From a virus, in IMG/VR virus record IMGVR_UViG_3300002038_000009, positions 1 to 59,401 of that record: DNA of 59,401 nucleotides. One strand, 5' to 3'. A program made the position numbers and the translations under genes. Under the pieces are notes generated by a model, which did not search any database, had not been told where the DNA came from, and saw nothing but the letters and a program-made list of their open reading frames with translations. Positions 44,194 to 53,030 of the stretch are shown here, piece after piece. Numbering within the stretch: the first letter of the stretch is position 1; each line of letters begins with the position of its first letter.

Positions 44194-46641
44194 TTATTTA
44201 CTCACCATTTGGACCCATGCACGGGCGGGATCGCCTAGTACGAGGTCACTAACATCTTTCTTTTGCTTAAGTGCTTTCAACACACCCTCATCGATGGTAT
44301 CAACGCACACTAAATCTAGGTACAGACACTTGGAGGTTTGTCCCGTTCTATGGGTACGGTCCTCGGATTGCCTGCGATCACGTAACGAATAACTGTTAGA
44401 AAAGAACACGTTATTGGATGCGTTCACGAGGGTGTGGCCACGTGACATGGTTCGGTTAGTCACCAGTGTATCACAGGTCTCATCGTTTTTAAACCGATAA
44501 ATTTGTTCCTCTCGTGCCTCACCAAGGACGCCCCCATGAACGACAGCGCATCGGTCCTCGCCAAGGGCCTCAACGACAGCATCGATTTCATCTCGGTACC
44601 TGCACCATGTGATTAAGTCAGTAGTAGCCGTGTACTTATCAACGTTCTCACGTAACCACCTGATCTTGGGCTCGTCCTTAATGAACACACCCTTGTCCGC
44701 AAACCCCCCGGTGATACGCGATAGTTTGCCCATCAGGTCCAGTGCATTTTTGGCGTACACCACACGTGCTTCCTCTAACTCTTCAGGTGCAACTTGTCCC
44801 TCACGACAGGCGGCCTCAACTTCTTGGAACTCTTCGAGTAGGTAGAACGCACGCTCCTCCATATCTCGATAGAAGCGATTCTGTTCACGGCCCATCTCGA
44901 GAGGTATCGTTTTATAGACTTTAGCAGGCAGGTCAACACAGTCCTCTTTCAGTACGCGATCGCTACAGGTCTTCATGATAGCGCCCAACTTATCCAGATT
45001 ACGGTGCCCCACCGGGAACTTCTGGATGATCTCACGGGCACCTTTCTTGATAACCTTGTCCGCCATATAACTGTATCGTGCGCGAAAACTATAATAGTCT
45101 TGCTTTAATATTGAGGGACTCAAAAACTGTAGTTGTGACCAAGCGGCGAGCGGCTTACTATCCACGGGGGTGCCTGTAGCGATACGACGCGCCACAAATT
45201 TCGGAGCTTGCTTAATTAAGTACTTGGTCCTCTTAGCATCTGGGTTACCGATGTCATCAGATTCGTCTATAATCCCAAAGCAGCGATGAGTTTTTAAAAG
45301 GTACTCGAGCGCAGCAAACTGCTTTTTAGCCCGTGAGAATCCTTCGGTTGGAAAACAAATGATCTTTAGCTTGTCGCGATGATTGGCTTCATCTATGACT
45401 CCAACGAATTCTTTCTCCCACCTCTTACCCTTACTGTTATAGTAGGTCCAGCTTATGTATTCGTCATCGGCTACCGCAAGGTGTTTGGGAATCTCCTCAA
45501 CTACCCAGTTAGCGTGTACACCGTTCGGTGCAATCACCACCACACAATCTATGGCGCCTCGTGCGTAGGCATGAGCGGCATGGTCAAGTAATGTTTTTGT
45601 TTTCCCTGTATTACCCGTCGGGAACACCTTTCCATTTCGTCTTAGTAACAACCCACCGGAAGGGGTGGTGAAACAATATTTCTTATCCCCTTCTTGTGGA
45701 GGATAGTATGTTATATTACTGGCCCTTACTGTGGTCAGACCTTTGTTTGATTTGCGTGCCCTAACTACAAAGTTACCGCGACCATCCGCTCCCTTAGAAG
45801 CGTAGCAACCTATCCCTCCGAACACTAGTTGTATGAAATCAGCATCCGATTCAATTGTGGTGTAAAATTCTTGTCGTTCTTGATTACCATCCCATTGTAA
45901 GCACTCGGATTTTATAATCTTCATGTCTTCTTGGTCTGCCTCCCACCAAAACCCATGATAATCCTTCTGCTTTACAGGGGCTTCAAATGAAAAAATAGTG
46001 TACCCTGTTGTTTTACAAACACGTTCGTATACATTTGAGGTGTCTCTCAATAACCATCTCAGGCGCTCTATCTTTCTACCCTTCTTAAGACGTATGGTAC
46101 AGCGAGAGGTCTTACAGTTAGATGGGAAATAACCATCCGCCTGTACAGCCACCTGTAACCTGATGTCGTTTTCTGACATACCTAATTTACTTTGAATACC
46201 CTTTCCTAAACTTAGTCTATAAGTGGTGGGTAAGAACTGCATCGCAGTGGGGGAGGCGCTTAAGCGATCAACCAACTCCCCCGCGTGAGTAAAACCGGCA
46301 TTTCTATTCTGCTTAGTTAGGGTGGGCATCCGGTGTGAGCTGCATAACATTTGATCCAGCCCGCGATTATGTTTAAAGTGATGGAAGCCGTCACTGGGGT
46401 ACACATGGTACTCTGACGGCTCGACTAGACTCACCTCTAAAGTAGCGGGGTCCCATTGGCCTACTAGATCCCCCTCACAATACTCATCAATTCTTTTCCA
46501 ACCGCCGGTCGTTAAAAACTCAGTGTCGGATGAAACACACCCTTGCTCCCAGAACAGCCCAAAGAACTTGTGTGTTCTGAACTGCTCGTAACCGTACTTT
46601 TGATGAGCCATTGGCTCGGTCTTTAAGACTATCTCTGTCAT
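44194..46641 (-). CDS. SNF2-family helicase interrupted by an intein
   Basis: Extein motifs FWEQG|TGKTKT (I, split), VVIAPNGVHANW (Ia), IIDESDD (II), QSEDRTHRTGQ (VI). Confidence 0.9.
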   Translation of the reverse strand: MTEIVLKTEPMAHQKYGYEQFRTHKFFGLFWEQGCVSSDTEFLTTGGWKRIDEYCEGDLVGQWDPATLEVSLVEPSEYHVYPSDGFHHFKHNRGLDQMLCSSHRMPTLTKQNRNAGFTHAGELVDRLSASPTAMQFLPTTYRLSLGKGIQSKLGMSENDIRLQVAVQADGYFPSNCKTSRCTIRLKKGRKIERLRWLLRDTSNVYERVCKTTGYTIFSFEAPVKQKDYHGFWWEADQEDMKIIKSECLQWDGNQERQEFYTTIESDADFIQLVFGGIGCYASKGADGRGNFVVRARKSNKGLTTVRASNITYYPPQEGDKKYCFTTPSGGLLLRRNGKVFPTGNTGKTKTLLDHAAHAYARGAIDCVVVIAPNGVHANWVVEEIPKHLAVADDEYISWTYYNSKGKRWEKEFVGVIDEANHRDKLKIICFPTEGFSRAKKQFAALEYLLKTHRCFGIIDESDDIGNPDAKRTKYLIKQAPKFVARRIATGTPVDSKPLAAWSQLQFLSPSILKQDYYSFRARYSYMADKVIKKGAREIIQKFPVGHRNLDKLGAIMKTCSDRVLKEDCVDLPAKVYKTIPLEMGREQNRFYRDMEERAFYLLEEFQEVEAACREGQVAPEELEEARVVYAKNALDLMGKLSRITGGFADKGVFIKDEPKIRWLRENVDKYTATTDLITWCRYRDEIDAVVEALGEDRCAVVHGGVLGEAREEQIYRFKNDETCDTLVTNRTMSRGHTLVNASNNVFFSNSYSLRDRRQSEDRTHRTGQTSKCLYLDLVCVDTIDEGVLKALKQKKDVSDLVLGDPARAWVQMVSK
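45610..46539 (-). mobile_element. 310-aa intein inserted in the helicase P-loop, with a possible degenerate LAGLIDADG endonuclease domain
   Basis: Starts CVSSDTEFLT (block A), has LCSSH (block B) and ends ...NGKVFPTGN|T (block G, +1 Thr). Removing it restores GTGKT. LQVAVQADGYF is LAGLIDADG-like. Confidence 0.8.
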
Positions 46642-47103
46642 TTATATAGTTACCAAAACACTTCTTTTTATCGGCAGTTCCTCAGAAAAGACACCGGTGA
46701 GATCACGGTACTGTACAATGTCCCCCTTACGGGACCATATCGTGTAGGCGCTCAGATCAGACCACGTGGACACATAAGAAGTACTGACCAAGCGAGAAAG
46801 GTCAAACATTGGTATACGAAAATTGTTCCGGGTACCACTAATATTCATGTGTATATCTTGGAACGATTCACTTCCCACCGGCACCACACTAAAATAACAA
46901 AGCTCTTTCTCAGTATCATACACACAGGCGCCATCTGCTAAGAACCCGGTCGGATCGAAGGTGACACCCTTATTTGTGGATATTGCCTCCTGCCCTATAG
47001 GGGTAAGCTCATCTATTTGAAAGTACTTGTGGTTAGTTTCAATGAAGGCTGTTAATGACTGGCCTTCATAGTCACATGAGAGAACAGTAAGTTTAGTTAT
47101 CAT
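46642..47103 (-). CDS. hypothetical protein (153 aa from ATG 47103)
   Basis: MITKLTVLSCDYEG start overlaps the upstream stop. The stop abuts the helicase ATG. Confidence 0.65.
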   Translation of the reverse strand: MITKLTVLSCDYEGQSLTAFIETNHKYFQIDELTPIGQEAISTNKGVTFDPTGFLADGACVYDTEKELCYFSVVPVGSESFQDIHMNISGTRNNFRIPMFDLSRLVSTSYVSTWSDLSAYTIWSRKGDIVQYRDLTGVFSEELPIKRSVLVTI

Positions 47104-47305
47104 GACCGTGTGCCTGTTTTTTACTAAAATGGTAAAGGTGGTAAAGCAACCATATAACGGGTCCGACCACAACAATAAAAACCCAAAACATAAACGCTAG
47201 TACATAAAGTCCCTCGTCTATATAGTCAGTGTATAGGATCGTAAGTACATGGGCTGTTACGAAGCCCCCTAGTAAGTAACACAGGATACCAGCAATTACC
47301 ATCAT
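47093..47305 (-). CDS. small membrane protein (70 aa, two hydrophobic helices)
   Basis: ORF track. MMVIAGILCYLLGGFVTAHVL... and LAFMFWVFIVVVGPVIWLLY. Confidence 0.6.
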   Translation of the reverse strand: MMVIAGILCYLLGGFVTAHVLTILYTDYIDEGLYVLAFMFWVFIVVVGPVIWLLYHLYHFSKKQAHGHDN

Positions 47306-47538
47306 AGCTTTGTCACCTGCACACCTTTGTAGCTGCCCTTGCCTTCACGCAGTTTACGTAAAAGCATTTGATAATTGATCTCATAGAAGTCACACCAAGT
47401 ATTAAGGTTACGGACGTAGAACGTTTTTCGTCCACACACGACATAATAATTAGGAACACCTTTATCCCATGCGATAGTAGAGCACTCGATGTCCTCGTCT
47501 ACCAGTTCTTCGATTCTTTCTAATACATCTTTACTCAT
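47302..47538 (-). CDS. hypothetical protein (78 aa from ATG 47538)
   Basis: GGAG RBS upstream of MSKDVLERIEE. The ORF-track N-terminal extension (to 47592) is a translation of the tRNA gene. Confidence 0.65.
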   Translation of the reverse strand: MSKDVLERIEELVDEDIECSTIAWDKGVPNYYVVCGRKTFYVRNLNTWCDFYEINYQMLLRKLREGKGSYKGVQVTKL

Positions 47539-47549
47539 ATTTTCTCCAT

Positions 47550-47626
47550 TGGGGTGTTCGATGGGGTTCGAACCCACATCCTCCCAAGTCACAGTCGGGG
47601 GCCTTACCAGTTAGACCACGAACACC
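47550..47626 (-). tRNA. tRNA-His (anticodon GUG) with encoded G-1 and 3' CCA
   Basis: Manual fold of GGTGTTCGTGGTCTAACTGGTAAGGCCCCCGACTGTGACTTGGGAGGATGTGGGTTCGAACCCCATCGAACACCCCA. It gives a 7-bp acceptor stem plus G-1:C73, a D arm GTCT/AGGC, an anticodon stem CCCGA/TTGGG with loop CTGTGAC, and a T arm GTGGG-TTCGAAC-CCCAT. Confidence 0.85.
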
Positions 47627-47662
47627 ATAGCTGGGTAGTAGTACACTGTTACTATACCACGT

Positions 47663-49789
47663 TTAGAATTCTGGATCTACATGCTTAAGGTAAGTATCTA
47701 GTAGATCGCGATCGGTCATAGAACGATAAATCGGATCGTTGGACAGTACACACAAACTGTACCGTTTGGTAGGCTTACCGGGTTGATTCTTATTAATCGC
47801 AAACCGACGGTGGCCATAGTGGTCTAGCACGGTGTTGATCATGCGATTAGAAACGCCACTAATATTTTGCGTTTCTGACATATATTGACGGATAACGGAA
47901 ATCTCACAGATCGGATGGTTGGCCCCAATGTGTTGTAAGGCTTCTTGAGTTTCTTCTGCCCTATCCGGTGCTGTAGTGGTCTCCTGAATAGCAGCCTTAA
48001 ACTTAGCTTGGCGGTCAGATTGAATAGGCGCCTTATTAGGAGTGAACGTTTGAGTGTCGTAGTCCAACAAGTAAGCCATGACTGCTTCCATACCACCGTT
48101 GTAGTATAACCAATCGTGGTAACCGTTTATCCAATCGGCGGTGGCATCACTAACTGTTACACCTGAGTTCTTTATAGCGGTAGCCGAAACAATAACGTAA
48201 TAGCGTCTGTCTGAGGGCTCTATCTCAATAGGCACTAGGTGATTTGACAGGCCTATGAAACGCGTCACATTATCTATCTGGTATTCATTAATATACTTAC
48301 GCTTAACCGTAACCTTATCATTAGTCACCTTTTCTTTAAGGGCGTTGGCCAGTGCCTTGGTCTGCGTACTGTGTGATATCCTCATCTCTTCAATGGCCAC
48401 TACCAATTTGTTTTCCAACAAGGCTGTCCAGTTACCTAGCATATCGGCGGCTGCGATAGCAGAATAGTTGTGCATACCCACCAACCGACCCATGATGTCA
48501 CACAACGTACTCTTGCCCGAACCCTGCCCTCCGATCAGGATGGGCATCCAACGAACCTTTTCCTCCGGGCGTTTGACCGCATGGGACATGAAGCCAAGTA
48601 GGGTAGCAATCGACTCGGGCTCACCGTCGCATAAACTAGCGACATGTCTAAGGAAGGGTGTAACATCCCCCTCTTTTGGTTGAATAGTTGTTGGTCGCCA
48701 GTTGTTCCAGTACTTCTCAACCCCGTGCGCTACGATCAGTTCCTTGTTAGGGAAGTAACCGAACCCTCGTACGTTATTACAGGCTAGCATATGCCCTTTA
48801 ATATCTTTCTGAGAAGCGGTGCGCCCAAAGATAAGTGGAATCTGGTTGGCCTTAAGGTGGGTGCCATCGGTAGTGAACACGTCAGCATCTATCACATAGG
48901 TTAGGTAGGGCATACGTTGTTCTATAGGTAGCGCATCGATCTCCTCTATCTCATAATCCTCTAGGCGAGTAATTTGATCAGAGTACCAGCGCTTAAGTGC
49001 AGCGAAAGCATCATCGGGTAAATGTTGTCGTAGGGTCTGCTCCCCTGCTACACGTCCGCCGTTCTCGAGTTTGCGAATAGTTGCCTTGACTTGAGCACTA
49101 CGATCTTCCACATCACCAGTGATCTCACCGATAGCGGTAACGACATCGAGTATGGTTTCTTCATCGTACTGGTTCTTGGCCAAAAATCCAGCGAGACCGA
49201 GTGACAGGTTATGTCTACTGCCGTCGCTCCAATAAGGCGTGATGAAGTCACAAGTAGCCACAAGTCGAACTTGCCTAAACAGCCAGTCTCCTGATTGGAT
49301 AGTTGCCGGTGAATCTCCGATAAGCTCGATTTTTGCCCCGGAAGGATGCAAGCTCGGAGCAACCATAGTGTACTGTGAGTTATTAGACCCATCCGTTCCC
49401 CGCATCTCACAAGACATCTTGTTAGACGGGAGGGTAAACTGTTTTGTATGTATAGGATCATGACCACTCGGTATGTTATAAAGATAGTGAGTCACCACAC
49501 CATCTTTTTTAAGCATTAAAGTTTTAGGTAATAGCTTAGGGGCATAGCGCCTTGCGTTAGGTGAGTCCAGATCTATATCGACACACGTCTTACCCAATAG
49601 TAGACCAATATTACTAGCACCACCGCTCTTATTGAAGCGCTCGAGTTCGGTAGCCTCCTTCCAAGGGGTGGTCTTCCAGTCTTTATTGGCTGGTATCTTA
49701 CCGCCGGGTCTTCCGGCTATGGGGTGCCACCCTAGCTCGATATAATATTCCGCCGCTTCAGAGGGAGACGAAAACTCTTTAACCAGCAC
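47663..49789 (-). CDS. bifunctional primase-polymerase (AEP) / SF3 (D5/P4-type) helicase
   Basis: N-terminus YYIELGWHPIAGRPGGKIPANKDW and CVDIDLD (AEP). Walker A ILIGGQGSGKST and Walker B VVAIEEM. GTG start. Confidence 0.85.
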   Translation of the reverse strand: MLVKEFSSPSEAAEYYIELGWHPIAGRPGGKIPANKDWKTTPWKEATELERFNKSGGASNIGLLLGKTCVDIDLDSPNARRYAPKLLPKTLMLKKDGVVTHYLYNIPSGHDPIHTKQFTLPSNKMSCEMRGTDGSNNSQYTMVAPSLHPSGAKIELIGDSPATIQSGDWLFRQVRLVATCDFITPYWSDGSRHNLSLGLAGFLAKNQYDEETILDVVTAIGEITGDVEDRSAQVKATIRKLENGGRVAGEQTLRQHLPDDAFAALKRWYSDQITRLEDYEIEEIDALPIEQRMPYLTYVIDADVFTTDGTHLKANQIPLIFGRTASQKDIKGHMLACNNVRGFGYFPNKELIVAHGVEKYWNNWRPTTIQPKEGDVTPFLRHVASLCDGEPESIATLLGFMSHAVKRPEEKVRWMPILIGGQGSGKSTLCDIMGRLVGMHNYSAIAAADMLGNWTALLENKLVVAIEEMRISHSTQTKALANALKEKVTNDKVTVKRKYINEYQIDNVTRFIGLSNHLVPIEIEPSDRRYYVIVSATAIKNSGVTVSDATADWINGYHDWLYYNGGMEAVMAYLLDYDTQTFTPNKAPIQSDRQAKFKAAIQETTTAPDRAEETQEALQHIGANHPICEISVIRQYMSETQNISGVSNRMINTVLDHYGHRRFAINKNQPGKPTKRYSLCVLSNDPIYRSMTDRDLLDTYLKHVDPEF

Positions 49790-49793
49790 GGAC

Positions 49794-50048
49794 CTACGCC
49801 GCCATCACTTTAGGATGACCGGGACCACGTCGATAGGGAACACCCTTCTGTGCTTTGATCCACTGAACAGGGATAAGGAATTGTCCGTTCTTATCGAACG
49901 CCTTTGTATATATAGGGGGACTACCTACGTACACATCCCCTGTGATGGCTTTAGGCACTAGAGCACGTTTAGTAAACACAGCCTCTTTCTTTCGTCTAGC
50001 ACAGTAATCTTCGTATGTTTCATTGATTTTACGTGGTGGGCAAGCCAT
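49794..50048 (-). CDS. hypothetical basic protein (84 aa)
   Basis: ORF track. GAGGA RBS. Confidence 0.65.
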   Translation of the reverse strand: MACPPRKINETYEDYCARRKKEAVFTKRALVPKAITGDVYVGSPPIYTKAFDKNGQFLIPVQWIKAQKGVPYRRGPGHPKVMAA

Positions 50049-50092
50049 CTTATCCTCTAAATTTTAATTGTTTCTGTGCAACCGTTGCGCGC

Positions 50093-50101
50093 ATTGTACC
50101 A
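50093..50101 (-). promoter_or_regulatory. candidate extended -10 promoter (TGgTACAAT) on the minus strand
   Basis: Reverse complement of ATTGTACCA, in the 79-bp intergenic gap upstream of ATG 50048. Confidence 0.3.
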
Positions 50102-50127
50102 CAACGGGTGGGTATCGGTCTATCGTT

Positions 50128-50394
50128 TTAAGCAGTGTACTGGTCTATTAAATCCGCTAACAGTGCGGTGCAGTGCGCTACTCCAACAACATTATCTTGT
50201 TCCATTAGGTCACGTAACAGTATGGTCAAGGAAACGACATCGCTACTATATCCCTGCCTGACCACCTGTGGTACTGCTAAATTAGCTTGCTCCAAGTCCT
50301 CAGATAAGAAGTGTCCGCGTTCCTCGGCGTCTAGTATGGTCTCACCTTCGTGAACCATGTCTGCTTCCTGTAATATAGCTAATACTAAACTCAT
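50128..50394 (-). CDS. hypothetical acidic protein (88 aa)
   Basis: ORF track. Confidence 0.6.
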   Translation of the reverse strand: MSLVLAILQEADMVHEGETILDAEERGHFLSEDLEQANLAVPQVVRQGYSSDVVSLTILLRDLMEQDNVVGVAHCTALLADLIDQYTA

Positions 50395-50606
50395 AATTGC
50401 CTAACCTGCTTGTTGGTGAAATAAGCGATTTTAGACAGCCCACGTCCTTCCGGTGTGCTAGTTGCCTTAAGTGCAACTTTATAATGCCACCATCGATCAC
50501 CGGCTAAACGTGACTTATGTTCTATCACGGTGCCCACATCGCCCTTACGGTAGCGAATAAAATCGCTACCGGCATGGTCGTCATCTACTAAAATCTCTAC
50601 CTTCAT
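50391..50606 (-). CDS. hypothetical protein (71 aa)
   Basis: ORF track. ATGA overlap. Confidence 0.65.
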   Translation of the reverse strand: MKVEILVDDDHAGSDFIRYRKGDVGTVIEHKSRLAGDRWWHYKVALKATSTPEGRGLSKIAYFTNKQVRQL

Positions 50607-50617
50607 GACGCCGTACG

Positions 50618-51097
50618 TTAACTATCATCTTTGTCTGGCGCGTAAGGACCGGGGGAGAACGTATTATACTCACCTATCTCTTCTATCGCCGCTTCGGTCC
50701 AATCAATAGCGGCCGAGGCTAAAACTGCTTTACCTGAAAGATTATAAATAAAACAATCGAAGTGACTAATTATTTTGGGTAAGGCGGATTGCATACTGCT
50801 AAGATCGAAATCGAAACGGGGACGACTTAATGGTCCCTCAGAAGGCAATTCTTCGAATTCACAAAACTGTTGTAGTACTTCGTCCGAAGATCCTAGTGTG
50901 GTTATGTCAGGAAACTCGTTCCCCTCTTCATCCTTATCTTCGAACAGTAATCCTAGGAACACTGCATGTGGCGTAGTCTTAGATAAAACTTCCGCCACTC
51001 GGTCCGCTAATGCGGGGGCCTCAGCTACTCTTACTAATCTTTCTATACTATCCTCTATAGACTTGTCTGAGGTGTTATCTGCGTTTTGTTCTGTCAT
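50618..51097 (-). CDS. strongly acidic protein (159 aa)
   Basis: ORF track. AGGAG RBS. First gene after promoter 51158-51186. Confidence 0.7.
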   Translation of the reverse strand: MTEQNADNTSDKSIEDSIERLVRVAEAPALADRVAEVLSKTTPHAVFLGLLFEDKDEEGNEFPDITTLGSSDEVLQQFCEFEELPSEGPLSRPRFDFDLSSMQSALPKIISHFDCFIYNLSGKAVLASAAIDWTEAAIEEIGEYNTFSPGPYAPDKDDS

Positions 51098-51157
51098 ACT
51101 AATACTCCTGTCTATTGGTTTTTAATAAATGTTTACTGCATCACTAATTGAGAAAAA

Positions 51158-51186
51158 ATTTTAACACAGCTTTTTTAAAAAGTAAA
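51158..51186 (-). promoter_or_regulatory. candidate sigma70 promoter (TTTACT-N17-TAAAAT) on the minus strand
   Basis: -35 at 51186-51181 and -10 at 51163-51158, in the 92-bp AT-rich gap. Confidence 0.5.
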
Positions 51187-51189
51187 GCA

Positions 51190-51471
51190 TTATTTTACCT
51201 CATATAATACACAATACTGGTAATGGGTTCGGGTACCGAGGCTGGGGGACAGCTCTTCAGTCATTAGTTTACGGAACTTAACGAGGGGCTTGCTATCAAA
51301 TAGAAATACCTCGGTACCGTCTTCCCACTCCAAGTATCTGCCCCGATCGGCAACTTCAACCAACTGCCAATCGGAGTGTCCTAACGCATATGATATAGCA
51401 GAATGGACGATCAGTTCGCGGCCGGGTCCAACCAACCCTTCTTCGGACTGATAGATATCTTGATTTTTCAT
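51190..51471 (-). CDS. hypothetical protein (93 aa)
   Basis: ORF track. Confidence 0.65.
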   Translation of the reverse strand: MKNQDIYQSEEGLVGPGRELIVHSAISYALGHSDWQLVEVADRGRYLEWEDGTEVFLFDSKPLVKFRKLMTEELSPSLGTRTHYQYCVLYEVK

Positions 51472-51478
51472 AGGCTAC

Positions 51479-51805
51479 TTAATCCACGAACCCTAGTATT
51501 TTATCCACGTCACGCCTAAGATACAGTTCACCCTCTCTTGCACTTATAGCGTCCCTGTGGCTGATATCAGAGGCATCCTTTAATTCTACCCAGATGTCGG
51601 AGCAGGTACTACGTGCTAGGGACTTACCTCCTATAGCACCAAAGACTAGACGTAATAAGTTGATCTCAGCCTGAGATTCTAGTGTAATGGTAGCCGTGGG
51701 CTCTTCCTGCGCTCTATGGATTATTTGACTTAGGTCTATCGCATCCTTTACGGTAAAAGGGAAATCCCCCTCGTACACGCCGTTTTTACTTATATCGATT
51801 TTCAT
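51479..51805 (-). CDS. hypothetical protein (108 aa)
   Basis: ORF track. Confidence 0.65.
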   Translation of the reverse strand: MKIDISKNGVYEGDFPFTVKDAIDLSQIIHRAQEEPTATITLESQAEINLLRLVFGAIGGKSLARSTCSDIWVELKDASDISHRDAISAREGELYLRRDVDKILGFVD

Positions 51806-52029
51806 GGTTTACTCCTATTAAGTAAGTTCGTATAAAAATTAAAAACAAATCCGGCCACACCGGTCACGGTTGAGAAAATACCTGCCGCTTCTAGGCTAAT
51901 AGTTTCCATACCCTTTATCCAGATAAACACCTCCCAAACAAAGGTCCCATAACAGGCCATCATAGCCATCGGAAAAATACGAAACCGGTCTAGTACTTCA
52001 GCCGCATCTAATAGCATCTGTTTTTTCAT
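51802..52029 (-). CDS. membrane protein (75 aa)
   Basis: ORF track. Two hydrophobic segments. Confidence 0.6.
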   Translation of the reverse strand: MKKQMLLDAAEVLDRFRIFPMAMMACYGTFVWEVFIWIKGMETISLEAAGIFSTVTGVAGFVFNFYTNLLNRSKP

Positions 52030-52259
52030 GCGCGCTTACCTGTTAGCCAGAAGTAGAGTTCTGCTTCAGAGAAAGCGATACGCAAGTTATCATAGACAGA
52101 CTCAGGCATAACCCTAAGTCCTGTGCCACCCCTGTACCATGTTCCAACTGGTGTAACCCCGCCTGTTATTCCTACGCCAATATAAACCCACACTTGATAT
52201 GCCTCGGCCCTTTCTTTATGCCACTCGATAAACCGCTCTATCTGTGCTGACAGAAGCAT
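52026..52259 (-). CDS. hypothetical protein (77 aa from ATG). The reading frame is open upstream to 52406 without a start codon
   Basis: ORF track. See the frameshift finding. Confidence 0.55.
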   Translation of the reverse strand: MLLSAQIERFIEWHKERAEAYQVWVYIGVGITGGVTPVGTWYRGGTGLRVMPESVYDNLRIAFSEAELYFWLTGKRA

Positions 52260-52427
52260 GTGGTCTCGTTTGGTTTCGGCTTCATATTTGGTTTTGAAAA
52301 GATTACCGGCGTTCCATCGCAGTAACTGACATGTGTTCTGAACCGGATGTATGGCACCCTCGCTAGTAACGCAAAACTTAGCAGAATCATCCCTTGTCGC
52401 CGGGATCTAGTTCTATCTCTAATTTTT

Positions 52428-52601
52428 TCATGATGTGTCCTCCACTCGAATCATTTCTTTATTCATTAGATACCCCATACCTATACCTGCTATATAAATA
52501 CAGACGATACCGGTTATTTCTTTAAACGTTGCTTGCACGTCAAGTAGGGCTGACCCTATGACCATCAGTGCGATCAAAGACCAGTAAATTAGGGTGTTCA
52601 T
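52428..52601 (-). CDS. small membrane protein (57 aa, below the ORF-track cutoff)
   Basis: Manual translation gives MNTLIYWSLIALMVIGSALLDVQATFKEITGIVCIYIAGIGMGYLMNKEMIRVEDTS. ATGA overlaps at both ends. Confidence 0.55.
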   Translation of the reverse strand: MNTLIYWSLIALMVIGSALLDVQATFKEITGIVCIYIAGIGMGYLMNKEMIRVEDTS

Positions 52602-52795
52602 AATTGTTCCTCATACATTAATTCTTCAGCCCCACAATAATAGACTACTGTGGCACGGCCATTATTACCTATGACCACAAGATCGGTAATATAACATTCT
52701 GTACGGACCTGATGACTCAACGACAAATCCTCTACACACCGACCTAATAAAATTACGATCAACAAACCTAGTCCTATATACTTAACTGTCTTCAT
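52598..52795 (-). CDS. small protein with an N-terminal hydrophobic signal/anchor (65 aa)
   Basis: ORF track. MKTVKYIGLGLLIVILLGRC. Confidence 0.6.
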   Translation of the reverse strand: MKTVKYIGLGLLIVILLGRCVEDLSLSHQVRTECYITDLVVIGNNGRATVVYYCGAEELMYEEQL

Positions 52796-53030
52796 CTAGT
52801 ACCTCTATACCTTCACCGTTAGTGTATTCATTTAATGAGCACTTAAAACACGTGCCTTGCGTCAACAGACTTTCATCAAAGTCCCTGTTTATGGTAGCCA
52901 TAGATCGTTCGATGGCCCCGCGCTGGCCCCGGTTATCTCGCCACTTTTCATATATGCCCACACTCATACCAGTCGGAAGTATCTGGCAACAGGTGGTACA
53001 TAACTTAGTGTGAGGGGCGCTCTTAGTCAT
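52782..53030 (-). CDS. Cys-rich small protein (82 aa)
   Basis: ORF track. CTTCCQ...CFKC. Confidence 0.6.
   Translation of the reverse strand: MTKSAPHTKLCTTCCQILPTGMSVGIYEKWRDNRGQRGAIERSMATINRDFDESLLTQGTCFKCSLNEYTNGEGIEVLDEDS

Noticed and set aside
47539-47592. N-terminal extension of ORF 47302-47592 (MTWEDVGSNPIEHPNGEN...)
   Set aside because: These codons are the tRNA-His gene read as protein. The real start is ATG 47538, which has a GGAG RBS.
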